Shown in pieces: positions 1-8,699 of a stretch of DNA of 38,983 nt (position 1 is its first letter; every line of letters starts with the position of its first letter). The stretch spans positions 1 to 38,983 of the forward strand of contig JAUXZV010000023.1 in NCBI GenBank assembly GCA_030693825.1, read 5' to 3'. The notes beneath the pieces were generated by a model. The model was given only the letters and a program-made list of their open reading frames with translations. It ran no database searches and had not been told where the DNA came from. The translations under genes were made by a program, and so were the position numbers. Source of the DNA: Myxococcales bacterium. Its GTDB lineage: Bacteria; Myxococcota; Myxococcia; Myxococcales; Myxococcaceae.

Positions 1-339
1 ATCGACGGCCTCGCTCGCTCAGCGTCGGCCGCACCGCAGAGAACTTTCGTCGGACCTTCTCGATGAGCGTCATCGAGCCTTGAGATCATCTTGGGATCAG
101 AATGTCGACACGAGTCGATCGACTAATTCTCCGACGGCTCCCGGGGAGATCTTCTTGCCATTGCTCAACGCGACGGCGAAGCGCGGGCGCATCAATCGAC
201 AGCGTCGTGACCGGCGTGCAGCGCTTCGTTTGTGACAACGTGGCCCATTTCGATGGCATCGCTGGGCTCTCGCTGCGCCCAGCCCTTCTCGGTGAGCGTC
301 CACCGTTCTGCTTACTCAGCATCAAGCGGACGGTGCGTC

Positions 340-909
340 CTACCTTCTGGCAGCAATCAACCAACTCGGACCACCTGGGTTCGCTTGTTTTCGGAAGAAA
401 CTGACTTTCCAGGGCCCAAACGGCCAACTCCCGTCGACCGGCTCCTCCTGCGGCGATCCCGCGAAGCCGATCTGGAGAGTGTGGGTGAATCCACGACGAA
501 GATACTCAAGGAGCTTCTCGGGCGGAGGACCGTCAAACTGAGCCTCGCCACCCACCTTCGAGCGCGTCGCCCAATCAGCCTGCAATTCGGAGTCGGGCAG
601 TTCAGGCCCCAAGCCGAGTGTGTGACTTGAGAGCTCCAACCGAAAACACTCGCTGGCACTTCGGCGCAACTCGCCTGAGTGCTCGATCAATTCAATCGTC
701 TGAGGACACAGAAGAACACGGTCGTAGAACGGTTTCGTAAGTGCGTCGTAGTCGCCACAAACGAACAGACTTAGCCATCGATTCTCAACCCGTACGGTCA
801 AGAAGTACTTCGCCTCTTCGATGGTTGGCTCAACCCCGATGGGAGGACAGCCACCGAGAAACCCGTCAATCCCCTGCCGAATGGAGATTCGGCGAGCTCG
901 AGAACTCAT
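340..909 (-). CDS. hypothetical protein in a lower-GC island (possible orphan accessory or immunity-like gene; may be degraded)
   Basis: 189-aa ORF. The N-terminal two-thirds has protein-like composition (K, Y, F, I, E present; MSSRARRISIRQGIDGFLGGC...VCGDYDALTKPFYDRVLLCPQTIELIEH). The region around 600-950 is visibly AT-richer than the ~70% GC background. The C-terminal part is R/G-rich and may be a spurious extension. I recognise no family. Confidence 0.3.
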   Translation of the reverse strand: MSSRARRISIRQGIDGFLGGCPPIGVEPTIEEAKYFLTVRVENRWLSLFVCGDYDALTKPFYDRVLLCPQTIELIEHSGELRRSASECFRLELSSHTLGLGPELPDSELQADWATRSKVGGEAQFDGPPPEKLLEYLRRGFTHTLQIGFAGSPQEEPVDGSWPFGPWKVSFFRKQANPGGPSWLIAARR

Positions 910-1063
910 GGGATCAACCCCCAGCGCCCGTCATCACTGAAGCAGACCTTTTCGCGCGGCACAGCTGCACCCAGCGAGACGCTCACAATTAAACAGCAGA
1001 AGACGAAGACGGCTTTCGCGCCGCGAGCGTACTTCACGCAACGGTCGGCTGAATCGAGCCAGA

Positions 1064-1804
1064 TCACGCGTCGCACTCCGATGGCTCGTCGGTGAACGAG
1101 CTCCAATCGGTGAACACGAACTGGCCGTCTGCGCCGAGCGTGCCGTCGAACGCCGCCTTCTTGAGCGACGGCACATCCTTCGGGAACGTGATTCGCACTG
1201 CGCGACCGCTCACCGTCCACTTCCCCGTGAACGACTGCCGCTTCGGGAGCGGCACGCCCTCTGAATCGAACACCAACATCGTCAACGTCACGCTTCCCTG
1301 CGGAGCGAACGACAGCTCCTGCGTCGAGCCGTAGACGCCTTGCCCCGGGCTCCACCACCGCACGCCCGCCACGATCGCCTTCACATCGGACTCCCGCTTC
1401 GGCGACAGGCCCTTCACGCTCTGGAACGCCACCGTGTTGCGCACGTTCGCCAGGTCGGGATCCGTCAGCGCTTTCTCGAGCCGGTTCGGATCTCGCGCGA
1501 TCGACTGCCGCACCTGCTCCCAGATGGCAGATCGATACGCGTCGTGATCACAGACCTTCCCGGCCTTCCGTGCGAGAGCCAGCGTGCACGCGAGGTTGAA
1601 GTGCGCCAGCGCGATGGTCCGGTTGAGCTGCGCCACATCTTTCAACGTGGTCGGCTCGGCTGCCTTCCCACCAAGGTCGATGGCCAGCTTGAACTGGGTG
1701 ATCGCCTCTCCGTACTGCTTCGCCTTGTAGTGCTTCATGCCGGCCGCGTTCGCGTCGAAGGTGGTCGGGTCCGCGGCGAGGAGCATCGAGAGAAGGGCGA
1801 TCAT
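1064..1804 (-). CDS. secreted hypothetical protein with a TPR-like N-terminal region
   Basis: 246-aa ORF. N-terminal signal peptide (MIALLSMLLAADPTTFDANAA). Helical repeat-like segment (KHYKAKQYGEAITQFKLAIDLGG...NLACTLALARKAG) followed by a beta-rich C-terminus. Divergent from thiD with a 36-nt spacer. Confidence 0.6.
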   Translation of the reverse strand: MIALLSMLLAADPTTFDANAAGMKHYKAKQYGEAITQFKLAIDLGGKAAEPTTLKDVAQLNRTIALAHFNLACTLALARKAGKVCDHDAYRSAIWEQVRQSIARDPNRLEKALTDPDLANVRNTVAFQSVKGLSPKRESDVKAIVAGVRWWSPGQGVYGSTQELSFAPQGSVTLTMLVFDSEGVPLPKRQSFTGKWTVSGRAVRITFPKDVPSLKKAAFDGTLGADGQFVFTDWSSFTDEPSECDA

Positions 1805-1840
1805 GTCGACGCTTCTACTCAGTCTGCTAGCTCAACGCGC

Positions 1841-2623
1841 ATGACTCCCACCGCCCTCACCATCGCCGGCTCAGACCCCTCAGGCGGCGCTGGCCTGCAA
1901 GCCGACCTGAAGACGTTTCACCAGCACAGCGTCTACGGCATGGCGGTCGTCTCGCTCCTCACCGTGCAGTCGACCCGAGGCGTCACCCGCGTCGACCCGG
2001 TCTCTGCCGAACTCCTCGCGCAGCAGCTCGATCACCTCCTCGCCGACCTCACGCCCGGCGCCGCGAAGACCGGAGCCCTCGGCAACGCCGCGCTCGTCGA
2101 GGTCGTCGCCGCCCGCGCGAAGGTGTTCTCGTTTCCCCTCGTCGTCGACCCGGTGATGATCAGCAAACACGGCCACCCGCTCATCGACGCGTCAGCCGTG
2201 ACGGCGGTGAAAGAACGACTGCTCCCCGTCTCGTTTCTCCTCACGCCGAACACGCAGGAAGCCGCCGCGCTGACAGGCCGGACCGTCGAGACGCTCGCGC
2301 AATCGAAGGACGCCGCGAAGGCCCTCGCTCAGCTCGGCGCCAGGCACGTGCTCGTGAAAGGTGGCCACCTCGACGGTGCGCCGATCGACGTGTTGTTGAC
2401 GGAAGGGACGCTCCACGAACTCCACGCCGAGCGCATCGACACGAAGCACACCCACGGCACGGGCTGCACCTACTCCGCCGCCATCGTCGCGCGCCTCTCG
2501 CTCGGAGCCCCGCTCCTCACCGCCGTCACCGAAGCCAAGGCCTGGCTCACCCGCGCGATCGCGACTGCTCCCGGAATCGGGTCCGGCGTCGGCCCGGTCA
2601 ACCACTTCGCTCCGTTGCGCTGA
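1841..2623 (+). CDS. thiD: hydroxymethylpyrimidine/phosphomethylpyrimidine kinase
   Basis: 260 aa from an internal ATG of the 1340..2623 ORF (the upstream 167 codons are an R-rich antisense-like extension). Reads LTIAGSDPSGGAGLQADLKT...VDPVMISKHG...LLTPNTQEAAALTG...VKGGH...THGTGCTYSAAIVARLSLG, which is the classic ThiD/PdxK ribokinase-fold signature. Confidence 0.9.
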   Translation: MTPTALTIAGSDPSGGAGLQADLKTFHQHSVYGMAVVSLLTVQSTRGVTRVDPVSAELLAQQLDHLLADLTPGAAKTGALGNAALVEVVAARAKVFSFPLVVDPVMISKHGHPLIDASAVTAVKERLLPVSFLLTPNTQEAAALTGRTVETLAQSKDAAKALAQLGARHVLVKGGHLDGAPIDVLLTEGTLHELHAERIDTKHTHGTGCTYSAAIVARLSLGAPLLTAVTEAKAWLTRAIATAPGIGSGVGPVNHFAPLR

Positions 2624-3210
2624 TCCGCTCGACGAAGCGAGTCTCCGTGAAGCCGAGCGTCGTCAACAGCGCGCGCAGCGCCCGCTCCGATGACTCCCGA
2701 GCCTTCTCCTTCAACCCGCGGTCGCCACGAACGCTCGCCTCGAGCGCCGAGCGGCCCTTCGCCAGCAGGAGAGCAGTCTGCGCGGAGTCCAGGTTCGACG
2801 AGATCACCTCCGTCTCCTGTGGCAGCAGCTCGACCCGCACCTCGGCAGGCGGCAGCACGACCTCGATCGTCCGCCCGACGATTCGAACATCCTCCGGACG
2901 AAGCCGTGACAGGTCGAGCCCCACGTGCGCCACGCCGAAGACGATCGCCCGGCCCCGCTTCGGAGCGACGGTGTGCTTCGCCCACTCGAAGACCTCGGCC
3001 GCGAGCGTCGTCGGAGCCGGCAGCTCCGACTCGTACGAGACCTTCTGGTACACGCTGACCTCGAGCGTCTCGAGGCGCGCGACCGCTCGCATCTGCGTCA
3101 GCACCGCCGGAGTCTCGACCTCCACGACCGGACGCTCGAGCCAGAAGAACGTCCCGACGCCCACGGCCCCGAGGGCGATCAGCAGCGCGGCGCGGAGGAT
3201 GGTGGTCATG
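2598..3210 (-). CDS. DUF4230-family membrane-anchored protein
   Basis: Single N-terminal TM segment (MTTILRAALLIALGAVGVGTFFWL), then a beta-rich domain with a VAHVGLDLSRLRPEDVRIVG segment typical of DUF4230. The start is ambiguous (ATG at 3210, 3222 or 3269). The tail overlaps thiD convergently by 26 nt. Confidence 0.65.
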
Positions 3211-3311
3211 CGCCTCTCCATTCCACTTGCTGTGCCAACCAAGGCGTGTGCCCCCGGCCGCGACGTCAATCTCGAGGTCGAGACTTTGCTTTCCTCCCCT
3301 GAAGGGCTCCA

Positions 3312-4190
3312 ATGGGCCGAATGGGACGAGTCCTGGTGCTGCTGCTGTTGGGGGGAAGTACGACATCAGCCGCCGCCTCCTCCGTACTGGTGGTCGGCGA
3401 GAACGAACGAGGCCGCGAGGTCGCCTCCGAGCTCAGCGAAGTCTTCGCGAAGCAGAAGGTGAAGATGAAGGTCGCAGGCCCTCAGGCTCCCGCGACGAGC
3501 TGTCTGTTTCGTCCCGCCTCCGAACGAGGCCGCTGCTTCTCGCAGGCAGGCCAGACGGCGTTCGTGGACGCGGTGCTCCAGGTCGGAGCCACCACCGCGA
3601 AGGGCCGCACGACCGTGACGTTTCAGCTGCTGAGCCTCGACGATGGCCGGGTGATCAAGCGGGAGGTGGCGACCGGGCCGTCCAACAACCTGAGCAAGGC
3701 GCTGGCGCCGGTGGTCTCGCGGCTGGCAAAGCTGATCAAACCGCAGGGTGGTGGTTCGAAGGCCCCCGAGAAGGTCGAGCCGGAGAAGGCCGCGCCGGAG
3801 CCGGTGGTGACTGCGCCCGAGCCAGTGAAGACGACTCCAGTTCAGCCGGACGTTCCGAAGAAGACCGTGCTCGAGCCCGTGGTGGTCGCGCCGCCGCCGT
3901 CCATCGTGGCGCCCGTGGAGCCGAAGGGAAGCGGACTCACCGTCGCTGCGTGGACGACCACGGGCCTCGCGGTCGCTGCAGCGGGCGTCGCCGGCACCTT
4001 CGGCGGTCTCGGCCTCAGCGCGCGTGGCGAGCTCGACACGAACGAAGGTGGAGTGTCGGCGCTGTCGCGCAGCCAGGCCAACGCCCTTGCAGGACAAGCC
4101 AACACCAACTTCACCGTCGCGCTTGGAGCCGGTATCGGCGCGGGCGTCCTCGGCGTGGTCTCAGCGATTCTCTGGAGCCAGACCCCATGA
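3312..4190 (+). CDS. secreted Pro-rich hypothetical protein; first gene of a three-gene secreted-protein operon
   Basis: Signal peptide MGRMGRVLVLLLLGGSTTSAAA. Central PEP/PVV proline-rich linker. C-terminal Gly/Ala-rich hydrophobic segment (possible membrane anchor). Its stop overlaps the next gene's start (ATGA at 4187-4190). The overlapping 3227-frame reading here is R-rich junk. Confidence 0.7.
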   Translation: MGRMGRVLVLLLLGGSTTSAAASSVLVVGENERGREVASELSEVFAKQKVKMKVAGPQAPATSCLFRPASERGRCFSQAGQTAFVDAVLQVGATTAKGRTTVTFQLLSLDDGRVIKREVATGPSNNLSKALAPVVSRLAKLIKPQGGGSKAPEKVEPEKAAPEPVVTAPEPVKTTPVQPDVPKKTVLEPVVVAPPPSIVAPVEPKGSGLTVAAWTTTGLAVAAAGVAGTFGGLGLSARGELDTNEGGVSALSRSQANALAGQANTNFTVALGAGIGAGVLGVVSAILWSQTP

Positions 4191-6148
4191 CGGCTGCTGC
4201 GCGCGTTCGCTGGCCCATCGTCTTCGCCTTCAGTGTGTTCGGCGCCTGTACCTGCGTCGCTCCACGCGAAGACCTCATCTACGCCTGTGAGCCTGATGGC
4301 TCGTGCCTCGAGGCGGGCCGCGCGTGCGTTCAAGGCCGCTGCGTGCCCATGTCGAACGGTGGAGGACGAGCGGGCGGTGCCGCGGGAGGCGTGGCGGGTG
4401 GAGCGGCAGGCGGCATGGCTGGTGGTCTCGCCGGTGGAATGGCCGGCGGTGACGCGGGCGGCATGGCCGGTGGAATGGCCGGCGGTGACGCGGGCGGCAT
4501 GGCCGGTGGAATGGCCGGTGGTGACGCGGGCGGCATGGCAGGTGGAATGGCCGGCGGCGACGCGGGCGGCATGGCCGGTGGAATGGCAGGTGGAGCGGCG
4601 GCGGGCGGCATGGCCGGAGGAATGGCCGGTGGCGACGCGGGCGGCATGGCGGGAGGAATGGCAGGTGGAGCGGCGGGCGGCATGGCCGGTGGCGACGCGG
4701 GCGGTGTGGCTGGCGGCAGTGCAGGCGGCTCCACGGCAGGTGGAAGCGCAGGCGGCTCGACGGCGGGTGGCAGCGCAGGCGGCTCCGACGCGGGGTGCGT
4801 TCCCTCGGGAGGCACCGACTTCCCCGACGAGAACGGCCTCGACTCGAACTGCGACGGCATCGACGGTGACGCGACGCTGGCCGTCTTCGTCGACGGCACC
4901 AACGGCGTCGACACCAACGCAGGCACTCTGACGCTCCCGTTCCGCACCATCGCGCGCGGCCTCGACGCCGGTCGCCCGCAAGTTCTGGTCTCGAGCGGCA
5001 CGTACGCCGAGTCGCTCGGGCTCGGCACCGGAGGCTTTGGCATCTACGGTGGCTACGACGCGACCTCCTCGTGGGCCCGCACCGCGATGCGGCCCATCGT
5101 CACCCGGCCCATCGTCATCGTCGGTGATGGCGGCACGCTCGCCCTCGACTTCCTCCGCGTGGCGACGACGAACGCGACGTCCTCTCGCAGCGCCGTCTAT
5201 GCGCTCATCGTCGAAGACGCTCCCGCTGGCGTCGTCATCAGCCGCTGCGAGTTCTCCTCAGGCCGCGGTGGCGACGGCTTCAACGGGATGCCCGGGACCG
5301 TCGGCGCCTCTGGAGGGTCTGGCACCCGAGGTGGGAGCGGAGGTGACGGCGGCCTTGGCGGTGCGGGTGGTGCTTCGACGTGCGGGGTCGGCGGACTCCC
5401 AGGCGCGCGCGGCGGAGTCAGTGGCGCTCTCGACGGCGAGACCATCGGCGGGGGAGGCATCGGCGGCGCGGGCCAGACGTGCGACGGAGCGCCCTGCGAG
5501 GCCACCTCGGGTGGACGTGGCCTCGACGGCGTCGATGGCGGTCGTGGACCCGATGGCGCGGAAGGCACGAGCCCTGGGCTGATCGTTGGCCGCCGCTGGG
5601 CTCCCGTCGATGGCCGAAGCGGCGATGGCGGAACACCCGGTCTTGCAGGCCGGCCTGGTGGCGGAGGTGGCGCCGTCTTCGACTCCGACGCAGGCGTGGT
5701 CGCGCGTGGCGGTGGCTCCGGAGGCACGGGCGCAGGTGGATGCCCCGGTGGCGGTGGTGGAGGTGCCCAGTCGGGCGGCGCGTCGATCGCGGCGTTGTTG
5801 ATCAACGCCTCGCCCTCGTTCGACCGCTGTGCCTTCACGACGAGCGGCGGCGGTAACGGTGGCCAGGGAGGCTTCGGCGGCGCAGGCGGCATCGGCGGGT
5901 CCGGTGGCGCGAGTGGCGAAGGGGAACAACTCGGTGGCCTCCTTGCGGGCGACGGCGGCATCAGCGGCCGCGGCGGTCCGGGAGGGGGGGGCGGCAACGG
6001 TGGTCGTGGCGCGGGTGGCCCTTCGATTGGCGTCTGGTGTGAGGGGGCGTCGACTCCAGTCTTCATGGCGCCCTCGTTCACGGTGGGCTCTGGAGGAACC
6101 GGCGTCGTCACCGGCTTGTCGGCGCAGCGCACCGGGACTTGCCCCTGA
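4187..6148 (+). CDS. secreted Cys-module / Gly-rich tandem-repeat / right-handed beta-helix plus GGxGG-rich protein (paralog 1)
   Basis: 654 aa from an in-frame ATG of the 3227..6148 ORF. Signal peptide MTAAARVRWPIVFAFSVFGACTC. Cys module ACEPDGSCLEAGRACVQGRCVP. (GGMAGGMAGGDA)n repeat. Beta-helix N-cap LPFRTIARGLDAGRPQVLVSSGTYAES. A long GGxGGxGG (PGRS-like) Gly-rich C-terminus. Confidence 0.75.
   Translation: MTAAARVRWPIVFAFSVFGACTCVAPREDLIYACEPDGSCLEAGRACVQGRCVPMSNGGGRAGGAAGGVAGGAAGGMAGGLAGGMAGGDAGGMAGGMAGGDAGGMAGGMAGGDAGGMAGGMAGGDAGGMAGGMAGGAAAGGMAGGMAGGDAGGMAGGMAGGAAGGMAGGDAGGVAGGSAGGSTAGGSAGGSTAGGSAGGSDAGCVPSGGTDFPDENGLDSNCDGIDGDATLAVFVDGTNGVDTNAGTLTLPFRTIARGLDAGRPQVLVSSGTYAESLGLGTGGFGIYGGYDATSSWARTAMRPIVTRPIVIVGDGGTLALDFLRVATTNATSSRSAVYALIVEDAPAGVVISRCEFSSGRGGDGFNGMPGTVGASGGSGTRGGSGGDGGLGGAGGASTCGVGGLPGARGGVSGALDGETIGGGGIGGAGQTCDGAPCEATSGGRGLDGVDGGRGPDGAEGTSPGLIVGRRWAPVDGRSGDGGTPGLAGRPGGGGGAVFDSDAGVVARGGGSGGTGAGGCPGGGGGGAQSGGASIAALLINASPSFDRCAFTTSGGGNGGQGGFGGAGGIGGSGGASGEGEQLGGLLAGDGGISGRGGPGGGGGNGGRGAGGPSIGVWCEGASTPVFMAPSFTVGSGGTGVVTGLSAQRTGTCP
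4360..4790. repeat. in-frame 36-nt tandem repeat (about 8 units) encoding (GGMAGGMAGGDA)n, with a degenerate tail
   Basis: The unit ggcggcatggccggtggaatggccggcggtgacgcg recurs with few substitutions across about 4410-4700. The antisense reading gives the spurious PPAMPPAS ORF at 4330..5043. Confidence 0.85.
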
Positions 6149-6238
6149 GGCACTGGGGAGATTCTCTTCCGAACGTTCGTTTTGTGGTGTCGATCTCGGC
6201 GGGCGTCGGCCGGCGCTCACTTCTCGGGGAGCTCTCCA

Positions 6239-8584
6239 GTGCGTCTGATCACTCTTGGCTGCGCAGTCGTGCTCGCGGTGTCTGCTTCGGGGTGTAGCTG
6301 CGGCGTCGTTCCCATTGACGACGACGGAGGCGTGGCCGGCGGGTCTGCGGGCGGCACCTCAGGGACGGGTGGTGGCGCCTCGGCCGGCGGTGCCGCGGGT
6401 GGGAGTGCCGGTGGAGGCGATGCAGGAGGAAGCGCCGCGGGTGGGAGTGCTGCTGGAGGGGATGCAGGAGGAAGCGCCGCAGGTGGCAGCGCCGCGGGTG
6501 GCAGCGCCGCAGGTGGAAGCGCCGCAGGTGGCAGCGCCGGAGGTGCCGCCGTCAATGATGCGTACGTGTGTGGCAACTGCCCGGGCGCGAACAACTCGAA
6601 CCCGGGAACGCGAAACAGCCCGGTCTCGACCATCGGCCGTGGCATCCAGCTGGCCACGATGAACAACGGCGCGCGCGTCTACGTGGCGGCCCGCTTCGGC
6701 GGCGCGACCGTGAACTACTCCGAAGACGTCACGATGGTCGAAGGCCGTTCGCTCGAAGGGCGATGGTCGGTCACCGGGAGCGCCGGCAACTTCACGTGGA
6801 CCCGCAACGGTCCCCGCACGTCGATTCGCAACACTGCGGCCACGGGGTTGAAGTTCCCTGCAGGCCTCACGGCGGCGACCTCGCTCGACGGGTTCTCGAT
6901 CGAGAAGAGCGGCCCTGGCCTCGTCGGCGGCCGCGTCACGGGCATCACCATCACGCAGAGCGCTCCCGTCGTCCGTGACTTCGACGTGGCGCCTCCCCAG
7001 ATCGCCATCGGCACCGCTGCCGATGCCATCGGCATCGACGTGCTTGGCACCATGACCGCTCCCGCTGCGCCGTCGCTTCAAGGCGGAGGCCCCGCGAACA
7101 GCACGGTGAACGCGGGCTCTGGCTCGACGTCGAGCGTCGGTCTCGCGGGCCTCTTCGCGCGTGTCACGGTGGCGGGCGTCGACTTCAGGGCAGAGAACGG
7201 CGGCACCACCTCGGCGGGCGTCTTCATCATCAGCAGCCCGGGCTCGACCTTCACTCGAGGCACGTACACGGCAGGCGCCGCCAACAGCTGCTTCGGCTTC
7301 GCGTCGTCGGGCGAAGCGAGCGGAACGCGCGTCGAGGGCGTGACGGCCGTCGGCTGCCCGCGCGTGGCCAACGTGATGAACGTGCCTCGCTTCGGTGTCG
7401 GCGTGTTGTTCGACAACTGCCCCGCGCTCTCTCCGGGGAGCGGCAACCCCATCGTTCGCAACGTCACCGCGACGGGCGGCGTCGTCGGAGGCAACAACAG
7501 CTCGGCCGTCGGAGGCGCCGCGCTCGACGGGTGTGCCGTGCGCTTCGAGGGCACGGCAGGGAGCTCCGCGACGTTCACCGGCGCCTCCCAGGCTCCAGCG
7601 TTCGGCATGGGGCCCGAGAACACCGTCGGCATCGCCTGCTCGTTCGCCGGCTTCCGCAACCCCAACGGCTTCGACGCGCGCTGCTCCATCTCAGGCGTCT
7701 CGGCCTTCGGTGGCTTCGTCTCGGCGCCCAACTCCATTGGCCTCGCGTGCGATGGAACGTGCGGCAATCAGCCCGCCTCGTGTCGCGGCTCGTGCGACGA
7801 GCTCGCGAACAACACCTTCTCGGCCGCCTCGGGCACCCAGATGAACCACGTGCTCCTGCGCAACTCGTCGCCGAGCCTTCGGGCCAACCGGCTTGGGGTC
7901 GGCGGCAACGGCATCACCTGCGGCAACAACGCGACCGTCGTCGGCATGACGCTCCAGGGCTCTGCAGCGTCCGTCATCAACAACCTCATCGTCGGCGGCC
8001 CGTGCCTCACCAGCATCGGCGTCTCGAATCAGCTCGCCCAGCGCTCGGATGGCTCGACGCCGTCGGCGAACTTCCACTCGAACACCATCGTCTCGAGGAC
8101 CTCTGGCGGTGGTTCGCCGTCGCTCAACAGCATCGGCGCGCAGCTGGTGGGGCCGGCAGGCTCGGCGACAGCCCTCGTCGGGAGCACGTGGCGGAACAAC
8201 ATCTTCTTCGCTGGCCCGGCGCAGGGCTCGGGCTCGGTGGCGGTGGCGTTCCGCGAGACGAGCACCGGCGCAGACCCGGCCACGCTCGGCAACAACCTGT
8301 TCTTCACCGACTCGCCCAGCCTCAACCCGCCGCTGTACTTCGATGAAGGCACGACGGCGCTCACCACCACGGCGGCCATCAATGGGCTGATGGGGTCCTC
8401 CGGCAACGTCGCCGGCGACCCGGACTTCGTGAACGCGGGCAACGGCAACTACGCGCCGGCCAGCCCGTCACCGGCGCGCGCAGCAGGCACGACGACAGGC
8501 GCGCCGGCGGTCGACTTGAACGGCGCCAGCCGCCCCAACCCGGTGGGCAGCAACCCCGACATCGGCTGCATCGAAGTCAACTGA
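6239..8584 (+). CDS. lipoprotein-type secreted right-handed parallel beta-helix (pectin-lyase-fold) protein with a Gly-rich repeat linker (paralog 2)
   Basis: GTG at 6239 is preceded by GGGGAG 8 nt upstream. Lipoprotein-like signal VRLITLGCAVVLAVSASGC. A (GGSAA)n linker. Beta-helix cap VSTIGRGIQLATMNNGARVYVAARFGGATVNYSEDVTMVEGRSLEG, followed by many N/G/T/S-rich beta-helix turns over about 700 aa. Alternative start at 6182. Confidence 0.75.
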   Translation: MRLITLGCAVVLAVSASGCSCGVVPIDDDGGVAGGSAGGTSGTGGGASAGGAAGGSAGGGDAGGSAAGGSAAGGDAGGSAAGGSAAGGSAAGGSAAGGSAGGAAVNDAYVCGNCPGANNSNPGTRNSPVSTIGRGIQLATMNNGARVYVAARFGGATVNYSEDVTMVEGRSLEGRWSVTGSAGNFTWTRNGPRTSIRNTAATGLKFPAGLTAATSLDGFSIEKSGPGLVGGRVTGITITQSAPVVRDFDVAPPQIAIGTAADAIGIDVLGTMTAPAAPSLQGGGPANSTVNAGSGSTSSVGLAGLFARVTVAGVDFRAENGGTTSAGVFIISSPGSTFTRGTYTAGAANSCFGFASSGEASGTRVEGVTAVGCPRVANVMNVPRFGVGVLFDNCPALSPGSGNPIVRNVTATGGVVGGNNSSAVGGAALDGCAVRFEGTAGSSATFTGASQAPAFGMGPENTVGIACSFAGFRNPNGFDARCSISGVSAFGGFVSAPNSIGLACDGTCGNQPASCRGSCDELANNTFSAASGTQMNHVLLRNSSPSLRANRLGVGGNGITCGNNATVVGMTLQGSAASVINNLIVGGPCLTSIGVSNQLAQRSDGSTPSANFHSNTIVSRTSGGGSPSLNSIGAQLVGPAGSATALVGSTWRNNIFFAGPAQGSGSVAVAFRETSTGADPATLGNNLFFTDSPSLNPPLYFDEGTTALTTTAAINGLMGSSGNVAGDPDFVNAGNGNYAPASPSPARAAGTTTGAPAVDLNGASRPNPVGSNPDIGCIEVN
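6405..6545. repeat. in-frame 15-nt tandem repeat encoding (GGSAA)n
   Basis: ggtggcagcgccgca-type units repeated about 9 times. The antisense reading gives the spurious PPAALPPAAL ORF at 6217..6666. Confidence 0.8.
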
Positions 8585-8699
8585 CGAGCGCGAACTCCCG
8601 AATCCCCGGGCGCTGCTTCTGACTCCCATCGCCCTGGCGTCGCGTTGCGATGGCGGCGGCTGGGCGAGGTCACTATTCCCGCGGGGCACTGGAGGCAGC

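Noticed and set aside
86-630. Short ORFs at the window start (86..427 minus, 102..404 plus, 232..630 plus)
   Set aside because: No start context or motifs. Mutually overlapping. I could not support any as coding, though a partial gene continuing beyond coordinate 1 cannot be excluded.
1340-1840. 5' extension of the thiD ORF (427-aa track ORF)
   Set aside because: The upstream 167 codons are R/H/L-rich and overlap the divergent minus-strand gene 1064..1804. ThiD homology begins at the internal ATG 1841.
2470-3366. 298-aa and 271-aa ORFs (2470..3366 minus, 2647..3462 plus) overlapping the DUF4230 gene
   Set aside because: Arg/Ala/Gly/Pro-rich low-complexity translations typical of off-frame readings of high-GC coding DNA. 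No motifs.
3227-4187. N-terminal 320 codons of the 973-aa ORF 3227..6148
   Set aside because: R-rich junk composition. The overlapping 3312..4190 frame has a signal peptide and real protein character. The true gene starts at ATG 4187.
3366-5043. Large minus-strand ORFs 3366..4097, 3842..4981 and 4330..5043 (PPAMPPAS repeats)
   Set aside because: Antisense shadows of the secreted-protein genes and of the GGMAGG repeat. No start context, extreme low complexity.
5197-6220. Pro-rich 318-aa and 320-aa minus-strand ORFs
   Set aside because: Antisense of the GGxGG-rich C-terminus of paralog 1. The PPPP/APPA composition is the complement of Gly codons.
6217-7081. Minus-strand ORFs 6217..6666 (PPAALPPAAL) and 6359..7081
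   Set aside because: Antisense of the paralog-2 (GGSAA)n repeat and beta-helix gene.
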